DNA of 64,000 nt, from contig CAXHJY010000105.1 of assembly GCA_964016885.1 (NCBI GenBank), positions 682,001 to 746,000 on the forward strand, given 5' to 3'. The notes beneath the pieces were generated by a model that searched no databases, was not told the origin of the DNA, and saw nothing but the letters and a program-made list of their open reading frames with translations. The translations under genes and the position numbers were made by a program. Below are positions 21,901-36,900 of this stretch, piece by piece (position 1 is the stretch's first letter; the number at the start of each line of letters is the position of its first letter). Source of the DNA: Eledone cirrhosa. Lineage: Eukaryota.

Positions 21901-24900
21901 CACCAACAGGTGATGTGTGACAACTGTTTGTGGACAGTTGACACCAGGACATCACCAGCAACAAATGATGTGTGACAACTGTTTGTGGAGAGTTGATACC
22001 AGGACATCACCTCCAACAAGTGATGTGTGACAACTGTTTGTCGAGAGTTGATACCAGGACATCACCTCCAACAAATGATGTGTGACAACTGTTTGTGGAC
22101 AGTTGATACCAGGACATCACCACCAACAGGTGATGTGTGACAACTGTTTGTGGACAGTTGATACCAGGACATCACCAGCAACAAATGATGTGTGACAACT
22201 GTTTGTGGACAGTTGATACCAGGACATCACCTCCAACAAGTGATGTGTGACAACTGTTTGTGGAGAGTTGATACCAGGACATCACCTCCAACAAGTGATG
22301 TGTGACAAGTGTTTGTGGACAGTTGATACCAGGACATCACCACCAACAAGTGAATGGTGACAATTGTTTGTGGACAGTTGATACCAGGACATCACCATCA
22401 ACAAGTGATGTGTGACAGCTGTTTGTGGACAGTTGATACCAGGACATCACCACCAACAAGTGATGTGTGACAACTGTTTGTGGACAGTTGATACCAGGAT
22501 ATCACCACCAACAAGTGATGTGTGACAACTGTTTGTGGACAGTTGATACCAGGACATCACCAGTAACAAGTGATGTGTGACAACTGTTTGTGGACAGTTG
22601 ATACCAGGACATCACCTCCAACAAGTGATGTGTGACAACTGTTTGTGGACAGTTGATACCAGAACATCACCAGCAACAAGTGATGTGTGACAAGTGTTTG
22701 TGGACAGTTGGGACCAGGACATCACCACCAACAAATGTGTGACAAGTGTTTGTGGACAGTTGATACCAGGACATCACCACCAACAAATGATGTGTGACAA
22801 GTGTTTGTGGACAGTTGATACCAGGACATCACCTCCAACAAGTGATGTGTGACAAGTGTTTGTGGACAGTTGATACAAGGACATCACCTCCAACAAGTGA
22901 TGTGTGACAAGTGTTTGTGGACAGTTGATACCAGGACATCACCACCAACAAGTAATGTGTGACAAGTGTTTGTGGACAGTTGATACGAAGACATCACCTC
23001 CAACAAGTGATGTGTGACAACTGTTTGTGGACAGTTGATACCAGGACATCACCACCAACACGTGATGTGTGACAAGTGTTTGTGGACAGTTGATACCAGG
23101 ACATCACCTCCAACAAGTGATGTGTGACAACTGTTTGTGGACAGTTGATACCAGGACATCACCTCCAAAAAATGATGTGTGACAACTGTTTGTGGACAGT
23201 TGATACCAGGACATCACCAGTAACAAGTGATGTGTGACAACTGTTTGTGGACAATTGATACCAGGACATCACCTCCAACAAGTGATGTGTGACAACTGTT
23301 TGTGGACAGTTGATACCAGGACATCACCAGCAACAAGTGATGTGTGACAAGTGTTTGTGGACAGTTGATACCAGGACATCACCTCCAACAAATGATGTGT
23401 GACAACTGTTTGTGGACAGTTGATACCAGGACATCACCTCCAACAAATGATGTGTGACAAGTGTTTGTGGACAGTTGATACCAGGACATCACCTCCAACA
23501 AATGATGTGTGACAAGTGTTTGTGGACAGTTGATACCAGGACATCACCACCAACAAATGTGTGACAAGTGATACCAGGACATCACCACCAACAAATGATG
23601 TGTGACAAGTGTTTGTGGACAGTTGATACCAGGACATCACCTCCAACAAGTGATGTGTGACAAGTGTTTGTGGACAGTTGATACCAGGACATCACCTCCA
23701 ACAAATGATGTGTGACAAGTGTTTGTGGACAGTTGATACCAGGACATCACCACCAACAAATGTGTGACAAGTGATACCAGGACATCACCACCAACAAATG
23801 ATGTGTGACAACTGTTTGTGGACAGTTGATACCAGGACGTCACCTCCAACAAGTGATGTGTGACAACTGTTTGTGGACAGTTGATACCAGTACATCACCA
23901 CCAACAAATGATGTGTGACAACTGTTTGTGGACAGTTGATACCAGGACATCACCTCCAACAAATGATGTGTGACAAGTGTTTGTGGACAGTTGATACCAG
24001 GACATCACCAGCAACAAGTGATGTGTGACAAGTGTTTGTGGACAGTTGATACCAGGACATCACCACCAGCAAATGATGTGCGACAACTGTTTGTGGACAG
24101 TTGATACCAGGACATCACCTCCAACAAGTGATGTGTGACAACTGTTTGTGGACAGTTGATACCAGGACATCACCTCCAACAAATGATGTGTGACAAGTGT
24201 TTGTGGACATTTGATACCAGGACATCACCTCCAACAAGTGATGTGTGACAACTGCTTGTGGACAGTTGATACCAGGACATCACCAGCAACAAATGATGTG
24301 TGACAACTGTTTGTGGACAGTTGATACCAGGACATCACCTCCAACAAGTTATGTGTGACAACTGTTTGTGGACAGTTGATACCAGGACATCACCTCCATC
24401 AAGTGATGTGTGACAACTGTTTGTGGACAGTTGATACCAGGACATCACCTCCAACAAGTATGTGTGACAACTGATTGTGGACAGTTGATACCAGGACATC
24501 ACCTCCAACAAATGATGTGCGACAACTGTTTGTGGACAGTTGATACCAGGACATCACCAGTAATAAGTGATGTGTGACAACTGTTTGTGGACAGTTGATA
24601 CCAGGACATCACCACCAACAGGTGATGTGTGACAACTGTTTGTGGACAGTTGATACCAGGACATCACCACCACCAAATGATGTGTGACAAGTGTTTGTGG
24701 ACAGTTGATACCAGGACATCACCTCCAACAAGTGATGTGTGACAACTGTTTGTGGAGAGTTGATACCAGGACATCACCTCCAACAAATGATGTGTGACAA
24801 CTGTTTGTGGACAGTTGATACCAGGACATCACCAGTAACAAGTGATGTGTGACAACTGTTTGTGGACAGTTGATACTAGGACATCACCTCCAACAAGTGA

Positions 24901-27900
24901 TGTGTGACAACTGTTTGTGGACAGTTGATACCAGGACATCACCAGCAACAAGTGATGTGTGACAAGTGTTTGTGGACAGTTGATACCAGGACATCACCAC
25001 CAACAAATGATGTGTGACAAGTGTTTGTGGACAGTTGATACCAGGACATCACCTCCAACAAGTGATGTGTGACAAGTGTTTGTGGACAGTTGATACTAGG
25101 ACATCACCAGCAACAAGTGATGTGTGACAAGTGTTTGTGGACAGTTGATACCAGGACATCACCACCAACAAATGTGTGACAAGTGATACCAGGACATCAC
25201 CACCAACAAATGATGTGTGACAAGTGTTTGTGGACAGTTGATACCAGGACATCACCTCCAACAAGTGATGTGTGACAACTGTTTGTGGACAGTTGATACC
25301 AGGACATCACCTCCAACAAGTGATGTGTGACAACTGTTTGTGGACAGTTGATATCAGGACATCACCACCAACAAATGATGTGTGACAACTGATTGTGGAC
25401 AGTTGATACCAGGACATCACCTCCAACAAGTGATGTGTGACAACTGTTTGTGGACAGTTGATACCAGGACATCACCTCCAACAAGTGATGTGTGACAACT
25501 GTTTGTGGACAGTTGATACTAGGACATCACCAGCAACAAGTGATGTGTGACAAGTGTTTGTGGACAGTTGATACCAGGACATCACCACCAACAAATGTGT
25601 GACAAGTGATACCAGGACATCACCACCAACAAATGATGTGTGACAAGTGTTTGTGGACAGTTGATACCAGGACATCACCTCCAACAAGTGATGTGTGACA
25701 ACTGTTTGTGGACAGTTGATACCAGGACATCACCAGTAACAAGTGATGTGTGACAACTGTTTGTGGACAGTTGATACCAGGATATCACCTCCAACAAGTG
25801 ATGTGTGACAACTGTTTGTGGACAGTTGATACCAGGACATCACCAGCAACAAGTGATGTGTGACAAGTGTTTGTGGACAGTTGGTACCAGGACATCACCA
25901 CCAACAAATGATGTGTGACAACTGTTTGTGGAGAGTTGATACCAGGACATCACCTCCAACAAATGATGTGTGACAACTGTTTGTGGACAGTTGATACCAG
26001 GACATCACCAGTAACAAGTGATGTGTGACAACTGTTTGTGGACAGTTGATACCAGGACATCACCTCCAACAAGTGATGTGTGACAACTGTTTGTGGACAG
26101 TTGATACCAGGACATCACCAGCAACAAGTGATGTGTGACAAGTGTTTGTGGACAGTTGGTACCAGGACATCACCACCAACAAATGATGTGTGACAAGTGT
26201 TTGTGGACAGTTGATACCAGGACATCACCTCCAACAAGTGATGTGTGACAAGTGTTTGTGGACAGTAGATACTAGGACATCACCAGCAACAAGTGATGTG
26301 TGACAAGTGTTTGTGGACAGTTGATACCAGGACATCACCACCAACAAATGTGTGACAAGTGATACCAGGACATCACCACCAACAAATGATGTGTGACAAG
26401 TGTTTGTGGACAGTTGATACCAGGACATCACCTCCAACAAGTGATGTGTGACAAGTGTTTGTGGACAGTTGATACCAGGACATCACCAGCAACAAGTGAT
26501 GTGTGACAAGTGTTTGTGGACAGTTGATACCAGGACATCACCACCAGCAAATGATGTGTGACAACTGTTTGTGGACAGTTGATACCAGGACATCACCACC
26601 AACAAATGTGTGACAAGTGATACCAGGACATCACCACCAACAAATGATGTGTGACAAGTGTTTGTGGACAGTTGATACCAGGACATCACCTCCAACAAGT
26701 GATGTGTGACAACTGTTTGTGGACAGTTGATACCAGGACATCACCACCAACAAATGATGTGTGACAACTGTTTGTGGACAGTTGATACCAGGACATCACC
26801 AGTAATAAGTGATGTGTGACAACTGTTTGTGGACAGTTGATACCAGGACATCACCTCCAACAAGTGATGTGTGACAACTGTTTGTGGACAGTTGATACCA
26901 GTACATCACCACCAACAAATGATGTGTGACAACTGTTTGTGGACAGTTGATACCAGGACATCACCTCCAACAAATGATGTGTGACAAGTGTTTGTGGACA
27001 GTTGATACCAGCACATCACCACCAACAAATGTGTCACAAGTGATACCAGGATATCACCACCAACAAATGATGTGTGACAAGTGTTTGTGGACAGTTGATA
27101 CCAGGACATCACCTCCAACAAGTGATGTGTGACAAGTGTTTGTAGACAGTTGATACCAGGACATCACCAGCAACAAGTGATGTCTGACAAGTGTTTGTGG
27201 ACAGTTGATACCAGGACATCACCACCAGCAAATGATGTGTGACAACTGTTTGTGGACAGTTGATACCAGGACATCACCTCCAACAAGTGATGTGTGACAA
27301 CCGTTTGTGGACAGTTGATACCAGTACATCACCACCAACAAATGATGTGTGACAACTGTTTGTGGACAGTTGATACCAGGACATCACCTCCAACAAGTGA
27401 TGTGTGACAACTGTTTGTGGACAGTTGATACCAGGACATCACCTCCAACAAGTGATGTGTGACAAGTGTTTGTGGACAGTTGATACTAGGACATCACCTC
27501 CAACAAGTGATGTGTGACAAGTGTTTGTGGACAGTTGATACCAGGACATCACCTCCAACAAGTGATGTGTGACAACTGTTTGTGGACAGTTGATACCAGG
27601 ACATCACCTCCAACAAGTGATGTGTGACAAGTGTTTGTGGACAGTTGATACCAGGACATCAGCTCCAACAAGTGATGTGTGACAAGTGTTTGTGGACAGT
27701 TGATACTAGGACATCACCACCAACAAGTGATGTGTGACAAGTGTTTGTGGACAGTTGATACCAGGACATCACCTCCAACAAGTGATGTGTGACAACTGTT
27801 TGTGGACAGTTGATACCAGGACATCAGCTCCAACAAGTGATGTGTGACAAGTGTTTGTGGACAGTTGATACCAGGACATCACCTCCAACAAGTGATGTGT

Positions 27901-30900
27901 GACAACTGTTTGTGGACAGTTGATACCAGGACATCACCTCCAACAAGTGATGTGTGACAACTGTTTGTGGACAGTTGATACCAGTACATCACCACCAACA
28001 AATGATGTGTGACAACTGTTTGTGGACAGTTGATACCAGGACATCACCTCCAACAAATGATGTGTGACAAGTGTTTGTGGACAGTTGATACCAGCACATC
28101 ACCACCAACAGATGTGTGACAAGTGATACCAGGATATCACCACCAACAAATGATGTGTGACAAGTGTTTGTGGACAGTTGATACCAGGACATCACCTCCA
28201 ACAAGTGATGTGTGACAAGTGTTTGTAGACAGTTGATACCAGGACATCACCAGCAACAAGTGATGTGTGACAAGTGTTTGTGGACAGTTGATACCAGGAC
28301 ATCACCACCAGCAAATGATGTGTGACAACTGTTTGTGGACAGTTGATACCAGGACATCACCTCCAACAAGTGATGTGTGACAACTGTTTGTGGACAGTTG
28401 ATACCAGTACATCACCACCAACAAATGATGTGTGACAACTGTTTGTGGACAGTTGATACCAGGACATCACCTCCAACAAGTGATGTGTGACAACTGTTTG
28501 TGGACAGTTGATACCAGGACATCACCTCCAACAAGTGATGTGTGACAAGTGTTTGTGGACAGTTGATACCAGGACATCAGCTCCAACAAGTGATGTGTGA
28601 CAAGTGTTTGTGGACAGTTGATACTAGGACATCACCTCCAACAAGTGATGTGTGACAAGTGTTTGTGGACAGTTGATACCAGGACATCACCTCCAACAAG
28701 TGATGTGTGACAACTGTTTGTGGACAGTTGATACCAGGACATCAGCTCCAACAAGTGATGTGTGACAAGTGTTTGTGGACAGTTGATACCAGGACATCAC
28801 CAGCAACAAGTGATGTGTGACAAGTGTTTGTGGACAGTTGATACCAGGACATCACCACCAGCAAATGATGTGTGACAACTGTTTGTGGACAGTTGATACC
28901 AGGACATCACCTCCAACAAGTGATGTGTGACAACTGTTTGTGGACAGTTGATACCAGGACATCACCTCCAACAAGTGATGTGTGACAACTGTTTGTGGAC
29001 AGTTGATACCAGTACATCACCACCAACAAATGATGTGTGACAACTGTTTGTGGACAGTTGATACCAGGACATCACCTCCAACAAATGATGTGTGACAAGT
29101 GTTTGTGGACAGTTGATACCAGGACATCACCTCCAACAGGTGATGTGTGACAACTGTTTGTGGACAGTTGATACCAGGACATCACCACCAACAGGTGATG
29201 TGTGACAACTGTTTGTGGACAGTTGACACCAGGACATCACCAGCAACAAATGATGTGTGACAACTGTTTGTGGAGAGTTGATACCAGGACATCACCTCCA
29301 ACAAGTGATGTGTGACAACTGTTTGTCGAGAGTTGATACCAGGACATCACCTCCAACAAATGATGTGTGACAACTGTTTGTGGACAGTTGATACCAGGAC
29401 ATCACCTCCAACAAGTGATGTGTGACAACTGTTTGTGGACAGTTGATACCAGGACATCACCTCCAACAAGTGATGTGTGACAAGTGTTTGTGGACAGTTG
29501 ATACTAGGACATCACCTCCAACAAGTGATGTGTGACAAGTGTTTGTGGACAGTTGATACCAGGACATCACCTCCAACAAGTGATGTGTGACAACTGTTTG
29601 TGGACAGTTGATACCAGGACATCACCTCCAACAAGTGATGTGTGACAAGTGTTTGTGGACAGTTGATACCAGGACATCAGCTCCAACAAGTGATGTGTGA
29701 CAAGTGTTTGTGGACAGTTGATACTAGGACATCACCACCAACAAGTGATGTGTGACAAGTGTTTGTGGACAGTTGATACCAGGACATCACCTCCAACAAG
29801 TGATGTGTGACAACTGTTTGTGGACAGTTGATACCAGGACATCAGCTCCAACAAGTGATGTGTGACAAGTGTTTGTGGACAGTTGATACCAGGACATCAC
29901 CTCCAACAAGTGATGTGTGACAACTGTTTGTGGACAGTTGATACCAGGACATCACCTCCAACAAGTGATGTGTGACAACTGTTTGTGGACAGTTGATACC
30001 AGTACATCACCACCAACAAATGATGTGTGACAACTGTTTGTGGACAGTTGATACCAGGACATCACCTCCAACAAATGATGTGTGACAAGTGTTTGTGGAC
30101 AGTTGATACCAGCACATCACCACCAACAGATGTGTGACAAGTGATACCAGGATATCACCACCAACAAATGATGTGTGACAAGTGTTTGTGGACAGTTGAT
30201 ACCAGGACATCACCTCCAACAAGTGATGTGTGACAAGTGTTTGTAGACAGTTGATACCAGGACATCACCAGCAACAAGTGATGTGTGACAAGTGTTTGTG
30301 GACAGTTGATACCAGGACATCACCACCAGCAAATGATGTGTGACAACTGTTTGTGGACAGTTGATACCAGGACATCACCTCCAACAAGTGATGTGTGACA
30401 ACTGTTTGTGGACAGTTGATACCAGTACATCACCACCAACAAATGATGTGTGACAACTGTTTGTGGACAGTTGATACCAGGACATCACCTCCAACAAGTG
30501 ATGTGTGACAACTGTTTGTGGACAGTTGATACCAGGACATCACCTCCAACAAGTGATGTGTGACAAGTGTTTGTGGACAGTTGATACCAGGACATCAGCT
30601 CCAACAAGTGATGTGTGACAAGTGTTTGTGGACAGTTGATACTAGGACATCACCTCCAACAAGTGATGTGTGACAAGTGTTTGTGGACAGTTGATACCAG
30701 GACATCACCTCCAACAAGTGATGTGTGACAACTGTTTGTGGACAGTTGATACCAGGACATCAGCTCCAACAAGTGATGTGTGACAAGTGTTTGTGGACAG
30801 TTGATACCAGGACATCACCAGCAACAAGTGATGTGTGACAAGTGTTTGTGGACAGTTGATACCAGGACATCACCACCAGCAAATGATGTGTGACAACTGT

Positions 30901-33900
30901 TTGTGGACAGTTGATACCAGGACATCACCTCCAACAAGTGATGTGTGACAACTGTTTGTGGACAGTTGATACCAGGACATCACCTCCAACAAGTGATGTG
31001 TGACAACTGTTTGTGGACAGTTGATACCAGTACATCACCACCAACAAATGATGTGTGACAACTGTTTGTGGACAGTTGATACCAGGACATCACCTCCAAC
31101 AAATGATGTGTGACAAGTGTTTGTGGACAGTTGATACCAGGACATCACCTCCAACAGGTGATGTGTGACAACTGTTTGTGGACAGTTGATACCAGGACAT
31201 CACCACCAACAGGTGATGTGTGACAACTGTTTGTGGACAGTTGACACCAGGACATCACCAGCAACAAATGATGTGTGACAACTGTTTGTGGAGAGTTGAT
31301 ACCAGGACATCACCTCCAACAAGTGATGTGTGACAACTGTTTGTCGAGAGTTGATACCAGGACATCACCTCCAACAAATGATGTGTGACAACTGTTTGTG
31401 GACAGTTGATACCAGGACATCACCACCAACAGGTGATGTGTGACAACTGTTTGTGGACAGTTGATACCAGGACATCACCAGCAACAAATGATGTGTGACA
31501 ACTGTTTGTGGACAGTTGATACCAGGACATCACCTCCAACAAGTGATGTGTGACAACTGTTTGTGGAGAGTTGATACCAGGACATCACCTCCAACAAGTG
31601 ATGTGTGACAAGTGTTTGTGGACAGTTGATACCAGGACATCACCACCAACAAGTGATGGGTGACAATTGTTTGTGGACAGTTGATACCAGGACATCACCA
31701 TCAACAAGTGATGTGTGACAGCTGTTTGTGGACAGTTGATACCAGGACATCACCACCAACAAGTGATGTGTGACAACTGTTTGTGGACAGTTGATACCAG
31801 GATATCACCACCAACAAGTGATGTGTGACAACTGTTTGTGGACAGTTGATACCAGGACATCACCAGTAACAAGTGATGTGTGACAACTGTTTGTGGACAG
31901 TTGATACCAGGACATCACCTCCAACAAGTGATGTGTGACAACTGTTTGTGGACAGTTGATACCAGAACATCACCAGCAACAAGTGATGTGTGACAAGTGT
32001 TTGTGGACAGTTGGGACCAGGACATCACCACCAACAAATGTGTGACAAGTGTTTGTGGACAGTTGATACCAGGACATCACCACCAACAAATGATGTGTGA
32101 CAAGTGTTTGTGGACAGTTGATACCAGGACATCACCTCCAACAAGTGATGTGTGACAAGTGTTTGTGGACAGTTGATACAAGGACATCACCTCCAACAAG
32201 TGATGTTTGACAAGTGTTTGTGGACAGTTGATACCAGGACATCACCACCAACAAGTAATGTGTGACAAGTGTTTGTGGACAGTTGATACGAAGACATCAC
32301 CTCCAACAAGTGATGTGTGACAACTGTTTGTGGACAGTTGATACCAGGACATCACCACCAACACGTGATGTGTGACAAGTGTTTGTGGACAGTTGATACC
32401 AGGACATCACCTCCAACAAGTGATGTGTGACAACTGTTTGTGGACAGTTGATACCAGGACATCACCTCCAAAAAATGATGTGTGACAACTGTTTGTGGAC
32501 AGTTGATACCAGGACATCACCAGTAACAAGTGATGTGTGACAACTGTTTGTGGACAATTGATACCAGGACATCACCTCCAACAAGTGATGTGTGACAACT
32601 GTTTGTGGACAGTTGATACCAGGACATCACCAGCAACAAGTGATGTGTGACAAGTGTTTGTGGACAGTTGATACCAGGACATCACCTCCAACAAATGATG
32701 TGTGACAACTGTTTGTGGACAGTTGATACCAGGACATCACCTCCAACAAATGATGTGTGACAAGTGTTTGTGGACAGTTGATACCAGGACATCACCTCCA
32801 ACAAATGATGTGTGACAAGTGTTTGTGGACAGTTGATACCAGGACATCACCACCAACAAATGTGTGACAAGTGATACCAGGACATCACCACCAACAAATG
32901 ATGTGTGACAAGTGTTTGTGGACAGTTGATACCAGGACATCACCTCCAACAAGTGATGTGTGACAAGTGTTTGTGGACAGTTGATACCAGGACATCACCT
33001 CCAACAAATGATGTGTGACAAGTGTTTGTGGACAGTTGATACCAGGACATCACCACCAACAAATGTGTGACAAGTGATACCAGGACATCACCACCAACAA
33101 ATGATGTGTGACAACTGTTTGTGGACAGTTGATACCAGGACGTCACCTCCAACAAGTGATGTGTGACAACTGTTTGTGGACAGTTGATACCAGTACATCA
33201 CCACCAACAAATGATGTGTGACAACTGTTTGTGGACAGTTGATACCAGGACATCACCTCCAACAAATGATGTGTGACAAGTGTTTGTGGACAGTTGATAC
33301 CAGGACATCACCAGCAACAAGTGATGTGTGACAAGTGTTTGTGGACAGTTGATACCAGGACATCACCACCAGCAAATGATGTGCGACAACTGTTTGTGGA
33401 CAGTTGATACCAGGACATCACCTCCAACAAGTGATGTGTGACAACTGTTTGTGGACAGTTGATACCAGGACATCACCTCCAACAAATGATGTGTGACAAG
33501 TGTTTGTGGACATTTGATACCAGGACATCACCTCCAACAAGTGATGTGTGACAACTGCTTGTGGACAGTTGATACCAGGACATCACCAGCAACAAATGAT
33601 GTGTGACAACTGTTTGTGGACAGTTGATACCAGGACATCACCTCCAACAAGTTATGTGTGACAACTGTTTGTGGACAGTTGATACCAGGACATCACCTCC
33701 ATCAAGTGATGTGTGACAACTGTTTGTGGACAGTTGATACCAGGACATCACCTCCAACAAGTATGTGTGACAACTGATTGTGGACAGTTGATACCAGGAC
33801 ATCACCTCCAACAAATGATGTGCGACAACTGTTTGTGGACAGTTGATACCAGGACATCACCAGTAATAAGTGATGTGTGACAACTGTTTGTGGACAGTTG

Positions 33901-36900
33901 ATACCAGGACATCACCACCAACAGGTGATGTGTGACAACTGTTTGTGGACAGTTGATACCAGGACATCACCACCACCAAATGATGTGTGACAAGTGTTTG
34001 TGGACAGTTGATACCAGGACATCACCTCCAACAAGTGATGTGTGACAACTGTTTGTGGAGAGTTGATACCAGGACATCACCTCCAACAAATGATGTGTGA
34101 CAACTGTTTGTGGACAGTTGATACCAGGACATCACCAGTAACAAGTGATGTGTGACAACTGTTTGTGGACAGTTGATACCAGGACATCACCTCCAACAAG
34201 TGATGTGTGACAACTGTTTGTGGACAGTTGATACCAGGACATCACCAGCAACAAGTGATGTGTGACAAGTGTTTGTGGACAGTTGATACCAGGACATCAC
34301 CACCAACAAATGATGTGTGACAAGTGTTTGTGGACAGTTGATACCAGGACATCACCTCCAACAAGTGATGTGTGACAAGTGTTTGTGGACAGTTGATACT
34401 AGGACATCACCAGCAACAAGTGATGTGTGACAAGTGTTTGTGGACAGTTGATACCAGGACATCACCACCAACAAATGTGTGACAAGTGATACCAGGACAT
34501 CACCACCAACAAATGATGTGTGACAAGTGTTTGTGGACAGTTGATACCAGGACATCACCTCCAACAAGTGATGTGTGACAACTGTTTGTGGACAGTTGAT
34601 ACCAGGACATCACCTCCAACAAGTGATGTGTGACAACTGTTTGTGGACAGTTGATATCAGGACATCACCACCAACAAATGATGTGTGACAACTGATTGTG
34701 GACAGTTGATACCAGGACATCACCTCCAACAAGTGATGTGTGACAACTGTTTGTGGACAGTTGATACCAGGACATCACCTCCAACAAGTGATGTGTGACA
34801 ACTGTTTGTGGACAGTTGATACTAGGACATCACCAGCAACAAGTGATGTGTGACAAGTGTTTGTGGACAGTTGATACCAGGACATCACCACCAACAAATG
34901 TGTGACAAGTGATACCAGGACATCACCACCAACAAATGATGTGTGACAAGTGTTTGTGGACAGTTGATACCAGGACATCACCTCCAACAAGTGATGTGTG
35001 ACAACTGTTTGTGGACAGTTGATACCAGGACATCACCAGTAACAAGTGATGTGTGACAACTGTTTGTGGACAGTTGATACCAGGATATCACCTCCAACAA
35101 GTGATGTGTGACAACTGTTTGTGGACAGTTGATACCAGGACATCACCAGCAACAAGTGATGTGTGACAAGTGTTTGTGGACAGTTGGTACCAGGACATCA
35201 CCACCAACAAATGATGTGTGACAACTGTTTGTGGACAGTTGATACCAGGACATCACCTCCAACAAGTGATGTGTGACAAGTGTTTGTGGACAGTTGATAC
35301 TAGGACATCACCAGCAACAAGTGATGTGTGACAACTGTTTGTGGACAGTTGAAACCAGGACATCACCTCCAACAAGTGATGTGTGACAAGTGTTTGTGGA
35401 CAGTTGGTACCAGGACATCACCAGCAACAAGTGATGTGTGACAAGTGTTTGTGGACAGTTGATACCAGGACATCACCACCAGCAAATGATGTGTGACAAC
35501 TGTTTGTGGACAGTTGATACCAGGACATCACCTCCAACAAGTGATGTGTGACAACTGTTTGTGGACAGTTGATACCAGGACATCACCTCCAACAAGTGAT
35601 GTGTGACAACTGATTGTGGACAGTTGATACCAGGACATCACCTCCAACAAATGATGTGTGACAACTGTTTGTGGACAGTTGATACCAGGACATCACCAGT
35701 AATAAGTGATGTGTGACAACTGTTTGTGGACAGTTGATACCAGGACATCACCACCAACAGGTGATGTGTGACAACTGTTTGTGGACAGTTTATACCAGGA
35801 CATACATCACCAGCAACAAGTGATGTGTGACAACTGTTTGTGGACAGTTGATACCAGGACATCACCACCAACAAATGATGTGTGACAAGTGTTTGTGGAC
35901 AGTTGATACCAGGACATCACCTCCAACAAGTGATGTGTGACAACTGTTTGTGGAGAGTTGATACCAGGACATCACCTCCAACAAATGATGTGTGACAACT
36001 GTTTGTGGACAGTTGATACCAGGAAATCACCTCCAACAAGTGATGTGTGACAACTGTTTGTGGACAGTTGATACCAGTACATCACCACCAACAAATGATG
36101 TGTGACAACTGTTTGTGGACAGTTGATACCAGGACATCACCTCCAACAAATGATGTGTGACAAGTGTTTGTGGACAGTTGATACCAGGACATCACCACCA
36201 ACAAATGTGTGACAAGTGATACCAGGACATCACCACCAACAAATGATGTGTGACAAGTGTTTGTGGACAGTTGATACCAGGACATCACCTCCAACAAGTG
36301 ATGTGTGACAAGTGTTTGTGGACAGTTGATACCAGGACATCACCAGCAACAAGTGATGTGTGACAAGTGTTTGTGGACAGTTGATACCAGGACATCACCA
36401 CCAGCAAATGATGTGTGACAACTGTTTGTGGACAGTTGATACCAGGACATCACCTCCAACAAGTGATGTGTGACAACTGTTTGTGGACAGTTGATACCAG
36501 GACATCACCTCCAACAAGTGTTGTGTGACAACTGTTTGTGGACAGTTGATACCAGTACATCACCACCAACAAATGATGTGTGACAACTGTTTGTGGACAG
36601 TTGATACCAGGACATCACCTCCAACAAATGTGTGACAAGTGTTTGTGGACAGTTGATACCAGGACATCACCAGCAACAAGTGATGTGTGACAACTGTTTG
36701 TGGACAGTTGAAACCAGGACATCACCTCCAACAAGTGATGTGTGACAACTGTTGGTGGACAGTTGATACCAGGACATCACCACCAACAAGTGATGTGTGA
36801 CAAGTGTTTGTGGACAGTTGATACCAGGACATCACCTCCAACAAATGATGTGTGACAACTGTTGGTGGACAGTTGATACCAGGACATCACCTCCAACAAG

